A stretch of DNA of 48,104 nucleotides from Myxococcota bacterium (GTDB lineage: Bacteria; Myxococcota_A; UBA9042): contig JBIKTV010000002.1 in NCBI GenBank assembly GCA_044347905.1, positions 1 through 48,104 on the forward strand, in the 5' to 3' direction. Below, piece after piece: positions 7,457 to 15,700 of this stretch. Numbering within the stretch: position 1 is the stretch's first letter; each line of letters starts with the position of its first letter. The position numbers and the translations under genes are program-made. The notes beneath the pieces are model-generated. The model did not search any database. It saw nothing but the letters and a program-made list of their open reading frames with translations, and was not told where the DNA came from.

Positions 7457-9373
7457 CTATTTGCACAGGACGCCGTCGCAGGTCTTGCCGCCGCTGCATG
7501 GGGTGCCCGCCGGAACCGCACTGCCGGCGCTGCACAGGCCATTCTTGCAGCTGCCGTTGCCGGTGCATTCCAGCTTGTCATCGCAGGTGGTGCCGGTCAG
7601 CAGCTTGGTCTTGCAGCCGTCGACCTTGTCGCAAGTATTCTCTGTGCAAGGGTTTTGGTCGTCGCAGCTGATCGGAGTGCCCGTGCACGAGGCGCTGAGG
7701 CACTGATCCGAGTGGGTGCAGGCCGTGCCGTCGTCGCAGGGGGTGGAGTCCGCGACCATCTGGTTGTTGCATTTGCCCGAGTTGGGTACGCAACTCTCCA
7801 TGGTGCAAGGGTTTGTGTCGGCACAGATCTTCTCTTGGCCCGGCTGGCAGCTGCCGGCGGCGCAGGTGTCATTGGTCGTGCACAGGTTGCCGTCGTCGCA
7901 AGGGGCGGAAGGGCCGGGGCTGTGGGTGCAGAGCTTGACTGGATCGCAGGTGTCCAAAGTACAGGGGTTTCCGTCATCGCAGTTGAGCGGTGCACCGGCG
8001 CAGCTGCCGCCTTTGCAGACGTCTTTTTCCGTGCAGGTGTTGTTGTCGTTGCAGCTGCCGCCGTCCGCCGCGGTGGCCGTGCAGCCGACTGCGGGCTCGC
8101 AAAAGTCCTTGGTGCATGGGTTTTTGTCGTCGCAAGCCAACGCGCCGCTGCCGACGCATTGGGCGGATTTGCACTTGTCCCCCGTGGTGCAGGCGTTGCC
8201 GTCCTGGCACGGATCCGCGTTGTCGACCACGAGGCAGCCGGTGGCCGTCTTGCACGTCTGGTCAGTACACGGGTTCTTGTCGTCGCAATTTACCGGTGTT
8301 CCCAAGCACTTGCCCAGGGTACAGGCGTCTGCCGAGGTGCACGCGCTGCCGTCATCGCACGGGTCGCTGTGGTTGCTGTGGGTGCAGCCGGTCTTGGGGT
8401 CGCAGGCATCGGTGGTGCAGAGGTTGCCGTCGTCGCACTGCTTGCCCAGCGGGATGTGCTTGCAGCCGTCCGCGGCGCCGCAACTATCGATGGTGCAAGC
8501 GTCTTTGTCGTCGCAGCCCATCTGTTCATCGGTGCTGGCGTCGCAGTCGTCGTCGATGCCGTTGCACGTCTCCACCGCCGGCAGCTTGGCGCTGCAGTCG
8601 CTCAGCCCGGTCTTCTCGCACACGCGCTTGCCCTTGCAGACACCGATCGACGCGCCGCCCGCGTCCTTGGCCGTCTTGCTGCAGGTGGTCTGGGCGCCAT
8701 CGGCGATGGCCAAGGCGTTGCACGGGCACAAGCCGTCTGCGGGGATGCAGTGCTTCTCATTGAGCCCGCCCTCGATGGACGGCGTCTCCGCGCAATTATA
8801 ACCCGAGGGGCACTGATCAGTAGAATCGCAGACATTGGCGCAGAAAAACCCGGACGCGCCCTTGTCCGCTGAGGCTGCGACGCAGTGGCTCGCCTGTTCA
8901 GCGTAGGTCTTGCAGACCAGCGACTCCGTGCAGGCTTGGCACAGCCGGGCGAAGCGCTCGACACAGAGCTTGTAGGTCTTGCCGTCACTGGCCACCACCG
9001 ATTTGCACAAATTGCCGGGGCTGCACAAGCCGTTGGGGTTGCACGCGGGCGAGCAGCGCTTGCCGGCTTTGGTGGGCAAGCACGCGGAGCCGGGGCAATC
9101 CTTGTCCGCTTTGCAGGTGCAGCCCGGGCCGCCGGGGCACGCCTGCGCGGTGTCGCCGCTGGAGCTATCCTTGGCATCGCCAGCGTCGACGGGCGGTTGG
9201 GCCGTGTCTTGGCCGGCGCTGTCGCTAATCGCCGCGGTGTCGCTGGTGCCCGTGCGGTCGACGAGCGCGTCATCACTGCCGCAGGCCGCGAGGGCGATCG
9301 ATAGTCCGGCCCAGAGAAAGAGCCAGCGGCTGCGGTGGTTCGCAAGGGGGGAGGCAAAAGAGCGATGGGCCAT
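7457..9373 (-). CDS. Secreted lipoprotein made largely of cysteine-rich CTDC-type repeats
   Basis: The protein has a lipobox signal peptide (WLFLWAGLSIALAAC|GSDD). A Cys-rich N-terminal region follows, then a CNGIDDDCDASTDE motif. After that come 13 tandem units of the form C-D-D-x-N-x-C-T-x-D-x-C...G-C (for example CDDGNLCTTDACDPKTGCTH, CDDKNPCTDQTCKTATGC, CDDGNPCTLDTCDPVKLCTH). The gene ends 17 nt upstream of the glgB start. Confidence 0.85.
   Translation of the reverse strand: MAHRSFASPLANHRSRWLFLWAGLSIALAACGSDDALVDRTGTSDTAAISDSAGQDTAQPPVDAGDAKDSSSGDTAQACPGGPGCTCKADKDCPGSACLPTKAGKRCSPACNPNGLCSPGNLCKSVVASDGKTYKLCVERFARLCQACTESLVCKTYAEQASHCVAASADKGASGFFCANVCDSTDQCPSGYNCAETPSIEGGLNEKHCIPADGLCPCNALAIADGAQTTCSKTAKDAGGASIGVCKGKRVCEKTGLSDCSAKLPAVETCNGIDDDCDASTDEQMGCDDKDACTIDSCGAADGCKHIPLGKQCDDGNLCTTDACDPKTGCTHSNHSDPCDDGSACTSADACTLGKCLGTPVNCDDKNPCTDQTCKTATGCLVVDNADPCQDGNACTTGDKCKSAQCVGSGALACDDKNPCTKDFCEPAVGCTATAADGGSCNDNNTCTEKDVCKGGSCAGAPLNCDDGNPCTLDTCDPVKLCTHSPGPSAPCDDGNLCTTNDTCAAGSCQPGQEKICADTNPCTMESCVPNSGKCNNQMVADSTPCDDGTACTHSDQCLSASCTGTPISCDDQNPCTENTCDKVDGCKTKLLTGTTCDDKLECTGNGSCKNGLCSAGSAVPAGTPCSGGKTCDGVLCK
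7529..8515 (-). repeat. Degenerate tandem coding repeats (13 units of about 72-81 bp) encoding the CDDxNxCTxDxC modules
   Basis: In the translation the repeat units begin at aa 287, 313, 339, 363, 389, 414, 441, 465, 492, 517, 546, 570 and 597 of the 638-aa protein. Two sub-types alternate (CDPxxGCxH and CxxGxCxG). Confidence 0.8.
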
Positions 9374-9579
9374 CGGGCGATCCGTACAGCCCGCGTGTGC
9401 CGGGCCATCTGTAGGGTACCATTGGCCCCACCAAACGCCAAAGATCGCTCCGATTCACCGCCTTGGGCGCTCATACGCCGCAAATGCGCCGGCCCGGCGA
9501 TGATCAGAGGGCTGCGGTGGATCCGAGACCTGTGCTAGGCTCCGCGGTCCCGGGGAGGCCGCCCGGCAGGATCCAGCCC

Positions 9580-11661
9580 ATGTCCGTTGCAGACTCCAAG
9601 CGCTTTTACGTCACGACGCCCATCTACTACGTCAACGATAAACCGCACATCGGCCACGCCTATTGCACCATCCTCGCGGACGTGGCTCAGCGCTGGCAGC
9701 GGCTCTTGGGCGCCCAGAGCTATTTTCTGACGGGCACCGACGAGCACGGCCAAAAAGTCCAAGAAGCGGCGGAAAAGCGCGGCATTCTACCCCAGGCCCA
9801 CTGCGATGAACTGCATCTGGCTTTCAAGCAGCTTTGGCCCGAATTGCACTGTGCGCCCAACCAGTTCATCCGCACCACGGAGCCGCGCCATCAGCAGGTG
9901 GTGCAGCGGGCCCTGCAGCAGCTTCGCGATCGCGGCCTGATCGTCGAGCGGGCCTTTGAGGGCTGGTACTGCGTGCCCGATGAGCGCTTTTGGACGGAAA
10001 AAGAGCTTGAGAACGGCGCGTGCCCCACGTGCAGCCGTCCGGTCGTGCGCCTGCAGGAGAAGAACTGGTTCTTCTTGATGAGCCGCTATCAGCAGCAGCT
10101 GATCGACGCCCTGCGCAGCGGTCGCATCCAGGTGGTGCCGGCGAGTCGCGCCAATGAAGTCCTGGGCTTTTTGGACAAACCTCTGCAGGATCTTTGCATT
10201 TCACGCCCCAAGTCCCGGCTTTCTTGGGGTATTGAGCTGCCGTTCGATCGCGACTTTGTCACCTACGTTTGGTTCGACGCGCTGCTCAACTACGCTTCCG
10301 CCATCGGTTTTCTGGACGCCGCGCCGCCGACCGATGCCCAGTGGCCGTCCAGCGATCTGAGCGGGAGCGCCAACTTTGCCGCGTGGTGGCCCCATGTTAC
10401 CCACATGCTGGGCAAGGACATTTTGACCACCCACAGCGTCTACTGGCCGACCATGCTGATGGGGCTGGCGGAAGCGTTTGACCAGCCCACCGACGCCTGG
10501 CTGCCTTCGCGGCTCGTGGTGACCGGCTGGTGGCTCAAAGACGACAGCAAGATGTCAAAATCGCTGGGCAACGTCGTCAGCCCTCTGTCGCTGAAAGACA
10601 AGTACGGCCCCGAAGTGCTCCGCTACTTCCTGATGCGCGAGATGGCGGTGGGCCAGGACGCCAATTTTAGCGAAGAAGCGGTCGTGCGGCGCAATAATGC
10701 CGACTTGGCCAACGATCTGGGCAATCTGCTCCAGCGGGCCACAGCTTTGGCCAAGAAGTACTGCGACGGCAAGGTGCCAAGCAAAACCTGGTCGGAAATG
10801 CGCCCTTATGCCCACAATAGTCAGTTTCTAGCCATGAAGCTGCTGGGAACCCTGGACGACGAAAGTAGAAATGCCCTGCCGGCCGACCTGCAGGAGCGGG
10901 TCAACCAGATGGAGCCCATCGCAGAAACCATTGAGAGTTTCAGGTTTCACAAGACCATTGCCGATGTGATGCTTTACGTGGCCCAACTCAATGTCGCTAT
11001 TTCGCAGGATAAGCCCTTTGAGATTGCCAAGACCGACCTGCCGGCGGCCCAGTCGGTGATCTACGCGGTCCTGGACGGCCTGCACAACGTCGCCCACATG
11101 CTCGCCGCCATCTTGCCGGAGACATGTAGCGAAATTCTAAGGCGTTTGGGCTCGCCGCAGCTGCCGCTGACCCTGGCAGAGCTCAGGCCGCTTTCTTTGG
11201 CCGCCGGTCTGGAGCTGCAGGAAGGTCCGCCGCTTTTCCCCAAGTATGAGTTCAAGGTTGAGGTGGAAGTGCCTGCCGCGCCTCAGGTTTTGCACGCCAC
11301 TTCGCCCGCAGCGGACGCGCCCGCCGGTCTGCCGGCCATCGGCATTGATCACTTTGGCGCCACTGAGCTCAAAATCGGCCAGGTGTTGCACGCGGAGCCG
11401 GTGCCCAAGTCGACCAAGCTGCTGCGCCTGCAGATCGACCTGGGCGAGGGCCAACCGCGGCAGATCCTCTCCGGCATCGCCGAGTCGTTTACCCCGGATC
11501 AGCTGGTGGGTCAGCAGGTGCTGGTGCTGGCCAACCTCGCGCCGCGCAAGATGATGGGCATGGAGTCCCGCGGCATGGTGCTGGTGGCAGAAGACGCCGA
11601 GGGCAAGCGCGTCCTGGTGCAGCCGCAGCGCGCGGTGCCGGCCGGCGTTCAGGTGCGCTAG
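9580..11661 (+). CDS. metG: Methionine--tRNA ligase with a C-terminal tRNA-binding (Trbp111/EMAPII-like) domain
   Basis: Track ORF 9463..11661. I prefer the ATG at 9580 (MSVADSKRFYVTTPIYYVNDKPHIGHAY). The literal HIGH motif (HIGHAY) and KMSKS motif (DDSKMSKSLGNVV) are both present. The C-terminal OB-fold tRNA-binding domain is visible (IGQVLHAEPVPKSTKLLRLQIDLGEG...LVLANLAPRKMMGMESRGMVL). Confidence 0.95.
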   Translation: MSVADSKRFYVTTPIYYVNDKPHIGHAYCTILADVAQRWQRLLGAQSYFLTGTDEHGQKVQEAAEKRGILPQAHCDELHLAFKQLWPELHCAPNQFIRTTEPRHQQVVQRALQQLRDRGLIVERAFEGWYCVPDERFWTEKELENGACPTCSRPVVRLQEKNWFFLMSRYQQQLIDALRSGRIQVVPASRANEVLGFLDKPLQDLCISRPKSRLSWGIELPFDRDFVTYVWFDALLNYASAIGFLDAAPPTDAQWPSSDLSGSANFAAWWPHVTHMLGKDILTTHSVYWPTMLMGLAEAFDQPTDAWLPSRLVVTGWWLKDDSKMSKSLGNVVSPLSLKDKYGPEVLRYFLMREMAVGQDANFSEEAVVRRNNADLANDLGNLLQRATALAKKYCDGKVPSKTWSEMRPYAHNSQFLAMKLLGTLDDESRNALPADLQERVNQMEPIAETIESFRFHKTIADVMLYVAQLNVAISQDKPFEIAKTDLPAAQSVIYAVLDGLHNVAHMLAAILPETCSEILRRLGSPQLPLTLAELRPLSLAAGLELQEGPPLFPKYEFKVEVEVPAAPQVLHATSPAADAPAGLPAIGIDHFGATELKIGQVLHAEPVPKSTKLLRLQIDLGEGQPRQILSGIAESFTPDQLVGQQVLVLANLAPRKMMGMESRGMVLVAEDAEGKRVLVQPQRAVPAGVQVR

Positions 11662-11664
11662 CTG

Positions 11665-12354
11665 ATGGCCGCCGCGAACGTCGAGTCCAAAGACCTGCTG
11701 TTGTCTAGTGGTTTTCTGGCCTTTGCCCGCCACGCCGGGGTGTTGATGGCCTTTGAAGAGCGCGGCGTGGTCCCGGCAGCGCTGTGCGGCACCTCATCCG
11801 GGGCGCTGGTGGCGGCGCTGTGGGCTGCGGGGCTGCGCGGCGACCGACTGACGGCGCTGCTGGCGTCGCGGCCCCCGTGGAGACTGCTGCGGCCCAGCGC
11901 GGCGCCGTGGCGAGGTCTATTGAGCATGGCAGGGCTGGCCGAATTTCTGCGCCCACATCTGCCTGAACAATTTGAAGATCTGCCGATGCCTTTGGCCGTA
12001 GGTGTCGTGCAAGGCGAGCACCATCGTCTATTGACCAGCGGGCCATTGCTGCCCGCCGTGCTGGCCTCTTGCGCGATGCCGTACGTGTTCCACCCGGTCC
12101 AATTCCAGGGGCGCTGGTATCAAGACGGCGGCGCGGCGGATCGGCTGGGGCTGCAGGCGTGGCGGCAATGGCGCCCGGGGCGGCAAGCGTGGGCCCACCA
12201 GGTCGCGCGCACGGCTGGCGTCGACGTGCCCAGTGATCTCTCTGGAATCACAATGATTTCGACACCGCGATCCGGCGCCAACTTCTTCTCGCTGGGCGAT
12301 TTTGCCGGCCAGGTGGGCGAGGCCAAGGCGATCGCCCTACAAGCGCTCAAATAG
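11665..12354 (+). CDS. Patatin-like phospholipase family protein
   Basis: The GxSxG nucleophile elbow is present (LCGTSSGALVAALWAAG). The catalytic Asp lies in a DGG motif (YQDGGAADRLG). A degenerate oxyanion-hole region lies near the N-terminus. The ATG is 3 nt after the metG TAG stop. Confidence 0.8.
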   Translation: MAAANVESKDLLLSSGFLAFARHAGVLMAFEERGVVPAALCGTSSGALVAALWAAGLRGDRLTALLASRPPWRLLRPSAAPWRGLLSMAGLAEFLRPHLPEQFEDLPMPLAVGVVQGEHHRLLTSGPLLPAVLASCAMPYVFHPVQFQGRWYQDGGAADRLGLQAWRQWRPGRQAWAHQVARTAGVDVPSDLSGITMISTPRSGANFFSLGDFAGQVGEAKAIALQALK

Positions 12355-12360
12355 CTGGGA

Positions 12361-13083
12361 CTATTCCGCGGAATTCAGCTCATTGAGCAGGCCTTCCAGG
12401 TTGGGCACCAGCACCTCGCGCCCCTGGAAGTTGGCAATGCCTTCGTCCTCAAAACCGCGCACGGCCCGGGCAACGGTCTCCGGCCTCGTGCCAATCATCG
12501 CGGCGATATCCTGGCGCGACAAAGGCAATTCGATGCGGGCGCCGTTGGTGCCCATCGGTTGGCCAAAGCGCTCTCGCAACATGAGCAAGAGGTGGGCCAG
12601 GCGGGCGCGCACGGGCAGGGCTGCGGCGTGGAGCTTGGCCTCTTCGGCTTCTTCAAGGTCGCGGGCCATGTGCTTGAGAAAGGAGTAGCCCACCATCGGG
12701 TTGCGGTCGAGCAAGCGCCGCACGGCCGCGCGGTCAATAAAGCACACCCGGCTGTTCTGCAAGGCGTCGGCGCTGGCGCGGTAGGGTTCACCAGCAAAAA
12801 AGGCCCGGTAGCCCAAGGTGTCGCCGGCGTGGGCCATGCGCACAATCACGGAGCGCCCAGAAGCGTCGGTCTTGCGCACCGCGACGGTGCCTTCTTCGAC
12901 GCAGTACACGCCAAGACACGGATTGCCTTGATAGAAGATTGTTTGGCCGGGCTGGTAGGCGTTGCACACCTTGACCTGGTTGAGCAGGCCTAGATCGTCG
13001 CCCTCTAACACGCACCACTCGTTGCGGGTTCGCCCTTGGCAGTTAAAGCAAGTAGCGTTTCTGGCAGTGGTTTTTAGTGACAT
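12361..13083 (-). CDS. Crp/Fnr family transcriptional regulator with an N-terminal Cys cluster
   Basis: A cNMP-binding-like beta-roll is present (YQPGQTIFYQGNPCLGVYCVEEGTVAV...YRAFFAGE). The C-terminal helix-turn-helix is visible (LSRQDIAAMIGTRPETVARAVRGFEDEGI). The N-terminus carries CFNCQGRTRNEWC, a C-x2-C-x8-C arrangement. Confidence 0.85.
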   Translation of the reverse strand: MSLKTTARNATCFNCQGRTRNEWCVLEGDDLGLLNQVKVCNAYQPGQTIFYQGNPCLGVYCVEEGTVAVRKTDASGRSVIVRMAHAGDTLGYRAFFAGEPYRASADALQNSRVCFIDRAAVRRLLDRNPMVGYSFLKHMARDLEEAEEAKLHAAALPVRARLAHLLLMLRERFGQPMGTNGARIELPLSRQDIAAMIGTRPETVARAVRGFEDEGIANFQGREVLVPNLEGLLNELNSAE

Positions 13084-13269
13084 CTGCGCCAGTCCTCAGG
13101 GTAGCGACCTTGGCGTACGTCCGCCCGGTCGACCCGGCCGCCCAAGCCCGGGTCAGGGCCCGCGCGGCGCACCGGGATGGTAGCAAAGCAAGGCGAAAGC
13201 GCCAGGGTGAACAGGGGCTAAGCCAGGGCGACTGCCACCGCTGCGTCATACTTTGGGCAGACGGCTCCG

Positions 13270-13728
13270 CTACAGCTCTGCGCCGGTCCGGGCATTCAGC
13301 GCACGGCTCTCTACCCGCGCCCGGACTTGGCGCAGCAAGCTCGGCAGGGTGAAATCGGCCACCTGTTTGGCGATCGCCGACGGCACCGAAATCGTCAGAT
13401 CGACGTCGAGCTGGTAGGCCAGCCGCACTTGGCCGCCGCCCAGGGGCAGGACATCCCAGCGGCCATCGGCTTGGCGCAGGTGATCGCCGTCCACGAGTTG
13501 CCACGCGATATAGTGCGGTTCATCGCCCCAAACGCGGATTCTGAAGCGCCGCGCCTTAAACAGCTTGACCTCAAAAGAGGCGATCCGCGGCTCGCCAAGG
13601 GCCGAGTCGTCCACGCGCACATCCATGACATCTGTCAGAAATTCGGGATACCGCTCGAGGTCCCAGAGCACGGACCAAGCGGCCCGCGGCGAAGCGGCGA
13701 CATCGATTTCAAGGTTGGTTTGGAGCAT
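13270..13728 (-). CDS. SRPBCC (polyketide cyclase/dehydrase-like, START/Bet v1 fold) family protein
   Basis: Track ORF 13270..13848. I prefer the ATG at 13728 (MLQTNLEIDVAASPRAAWSVLWDLERYPEFL). The overall pattern is typical of Polyketide_cyc2-type proteins, at about 150 aa. Confidence 0.65.
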   Translation of the reverse strand: MLQTNLEIDVAASPRAAWSVLWDLERYPEFLTDVMDVRVDDSALGEPRIASFEVKLFKARRFRIRVWGDEPHYIAWQLVDGDHLRQADGRWDVLPLGGGQVRLAYQLDVDLTISVPSAIAKQVADFTLPSLLRQVRARVESRALNARTGAEL

Positions 13729-13863
13729 CGCGGCCGTTCCATTGCGCGGTCTTGGCGCTAAACGCAGGCTTGCTAGCCCCGGCAGAGGCGCGCCATGATG
13801 CGGGTGCATTCGAGTCTTCGCAAGGCGCTTCCCTAGTACGCACTCCACAGCGCGAGGTCTGCC

Positions 13864-14154
13864 GTGTCCACCTCAAGACGACCTCCGTATCGGCCCCCAT
13901 GGGGCAGCGCCGATCGACGCGCGGAGCCGGCCGACCTCCAGGCTTCGGACAAAGGCGATCCGCGCTTGGGCCAGGCCCTGGCGGCCGATCGGGCGGAGAG
14001 CGTCTATCGCGATGCGGAGGCGTGTGCGGCGTGTGCAGCGGCGCGGGCGGACCAAGGCGATAGCGAGGCGCTGTGTGACGATCACCTCGGCCGGGCGCTG
14101 GGCGTCACCGGCGGCTGGGCGCTTGGCGGGCCTGGCCGAAAACTGCTGAAATAG
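13864..14154 (+). CDS. Hypothetical small protein (weak call)
   Basis: A 96-aa ORF with moderately GC-rich third codon positions (...LGQALAADRAESVYRDAEACAACAAARADQGDSEALCDDHLGRAL...). I recognise no motif. The alternative frames in this interval look like noise. Confidence 0.25.
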   Translation: MSTSRRPPYRPPWGSADRRAEPADLQASDKGDPRLGQALAADRAESVYRDAEACAACAAARADQGDSEALCDDHLGRALGVTGGWALGGPGRKLLK

Positions 14155-14310
14155 CCGAGTGGTTGTCTCGGCGCAGCGGCGGCGTTGGCCCGCTCAACGA
14201 TTCTTTGCACAAGGTGGTCGAATTGGACTAGGCGACGGGCAGGGCGTGCGCTACGCTCCAGGCCCCCCGTCGCTGGCTTCACCGCTGGCGCTTCCGGCCT
14301 CGGAACCGAC

Positions 14311-15612
14311 ATGCACCCAGAAAACACAGTTGCCTCCCGCTTATTCCTGATGGCCGCACTGGCCGGATTGGCGGCTCCCGGTCTAGGTTTTGCCCAGGCT
14401 GCGGATCCAGCGCCTGCGCCGGAGGCTTCTTCGCCGGCACCGGCTCCCAGTCCTGCGCCCGCTCCGACGCCTGCCCCCGCTCCAACGCCCGCCCCCGCTC
14501 CAACGCCCGCCGCCCCTTCTGGTCCCGCGCCCGCCGTGCCTAGCCCAGCGGAGCCCGCGGCGCCGGCAAATCTGGCCGCTGAAGCCAGCCCTTCTTCCGT
14601 TCCGCCCTCCCCCGCCGCAGCGGTTCCGCCCGCGGGCATGGCCGTCGCGGTGAGCGCTGGGGCAACCCCCAAGAAGGCCAAGGCCGCGGCGACGAGCTCA
14701 TCCTCCGCGGCGGCGGCTACCGCGCTCCCCAGCGGCAACACCCCGTTTGCCGGTTCGTTTGTCACCTTGCGCAACGTGGCGACCGCGCTGTCAGCCTCCA
14801 AGTCGGTGGATCCGACCTACAACCCGTACTACGCGATGTCGCTGTCGCTCGCGCCCAACTGGAACGTCAACAAGCAGGTGTACGTCCGGGCCAATCTGTC
14901 GATGACGCGCGAGCTAACGCACGAGGATTGGACGACTTATTCCGGCGAGACCATGCTGTCGGACACCTCAGTGACCGCCGGCTGGCGGGCGATCCGCATG
15001 CCCAGCATCGGTTTGAGCGCAGCGCTGGAAGCGGCCTTGGCCCTGCCAACCAGCAAAGCCTCGCAAGCGCGCACCCTTCAGGCTGGCACCGGTGTTGGCG
15101 TGACCGCCGTGTGGGCGGCTGGCAACTTTGCGCTGATCGGGATCTCGCGCGTGGCCTACCAGTGGAACCGCTATACCACCGGCGAGACAGAGACGCCGTG
15201 GCTCGCGGGCTGCTCCAGCACGGCCGCCGGCTGTGACCCCTACGTCACCACTGGCCTGCGCAACCCGCAGTGGCGATTCACCAATTTTGGCATTGTGAGC
15301 TGGTCACCCACCGCTTGGATGGGCTTGAACCTTCAGGGCGGCGTCATCGCCGATCTGCTCTACGACCTCTCGGCCGGGAAGTCCCGCGCTGCTGGCGTGG
15401 TCGTGCCGCTGGGAGATGGCGCCAACCACCGCGAATTGATGGTCTATGGCTTGTCGGCTGAGTTCAGGCCGCACAAAGCGCTGACCGTGGCCTTGGGCGC
15501 CGAGACGGCCAACCCCCAGTTGGCCCCGGATTCGACCTACCGCGCACCTTTCTTTAATCGGTTCACCACATTGTACGTCGACCTTCAGGTCGCGCCGGAC
15601 AAATTGCTCTAG
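14311..15612 (+). CDS. Secreted protein: Pro/Ala-rich linker plus a predicted outer-membrane beta-barrel
   Basis: Track ORF 14185..15612. I prefer the ATG at 14311, which gives a signal peptide (MHPENTVASRLFLMAALAGLAAPGLGFAQA|AD). About 130 aa of PAPAPSPAPAPTPAPAPTPAPAPTPAAPSGPAPAVPSPAEPAAP-type low complexity follows. After that come about 290 aa with alternating amphipathic strands (YAMSLSLAPNWNV, VYVRANLSMTRE, TSVTAGWRA, TGVGVTAVWAA, WRFTNFGIVSW, LMVYGLSAEFRP, TTLYVDLQVA). Confidence 0.7.
   Translation: MHPENTVASRLFLMAALAGLAAPGLGFAQAADPAPAPEASSPAPAPSPAPAPTPAPAPTPAPAPTPAAPSGPAPAVPSPAEPAAPANLAAEASPSSVPPSPAAAVPPAGMAVAVSAGATPKKAKAAATSSSSAAAATALPSGNTPFAGSFVTLRNVATALSASKSVDPTYNPYYAMSLSLAPNWNVNKQVYVRANLSMTRELTHEDWTTYSGETMLSDTSVTAGWRAIRMPSIGLSAALEAALALPTSKASQARTLQAGTGVGVTAVWAAGNFALIGISRVAYQWNRYTTGETETPWLAGCSSTAAGCDPYVTTGLRNPQWRFTNFGIVSWSPTAWMGLNLQGGVIADLLYDLSAGKSRAAGVVVPLGDGANHRELMVYGLSAEFRPHKALTVALGAETANPQLAPDSTYRAPFFNRFTTLYVDLQVAPDKLL
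14455..14508 (+). repeat. 18-bp tandem repeat (3 copies, the last two identical) encoding (PAPAPT)n
   Basis: gcccccgctccaacgccc occurs at 14473-14490 and again exactly at 14491-14508. A degenerate copy, gcgcccgctccgacgcct, precedes them at 14455-14472. Confidence 0.9.
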
Positions 15613-15700
15613 CGCTGGGCGCGGAGTCATCGTTTTTCTGTTTGTTCTTCGGCTCGCCAGGGGAGCCCAATTGCCGCTGCGGCGGTGTCTTAGAGGTCAC

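Noticed and set aside
7529-8515. Possible CRISPR array or mobile repeat, because of the regular periodicity in this region and at 36266-36340 and 14455-14508
   Set aside because: The repeats are in-frame coding repeats (Cys modules, PGQ, PAPAPT). They lack unique spacers and no cas genes are present. The units are degenerate at the DNA level, except for the short 9-bp and 18-bp slippage repeats.
5391-8872. Plus-strand ORFs 5391..7043 (550 aa), 7655..8872 (405 aa), 7716..8801 and 7990..8763 opposite glgB and the Cys-repeat gene
   Set aside because: These are shadow frames. The minus strand encodes unmistakable GlgB motifs and the lipobox/Cys-repeat protein. The plus-strand translations are low-complexity (A/G/V/R runs or C/R-rich mirror images of the repeats).
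9463-9579. N-terminal extensions proposed by the track for metG, and similarly for moxR 44220-44405, glgB 7440-7568, debranching 5570-5710, batA 40604-40681, the metzincin 15671-15700, the OMP 14185-14310 and the SRPBCC protein 13729-13848
   Set aside because: The extensions are Arg/Pro-rich and unlike the mature family N-termini. Internal ATGs give canonical N-termini or signal peptides, and several create ATGA stop/start overlaps with the upstream gene.
14082-14801. 239-aa Ala/Gly-rich minus ORF
   Set aside because: It is the antisense mirror of the Pro/Ala-rich linker of the plus-strand barrel protein (GAGAGV is the reverse reading of PAPAPT). It has no start context and no motifs.
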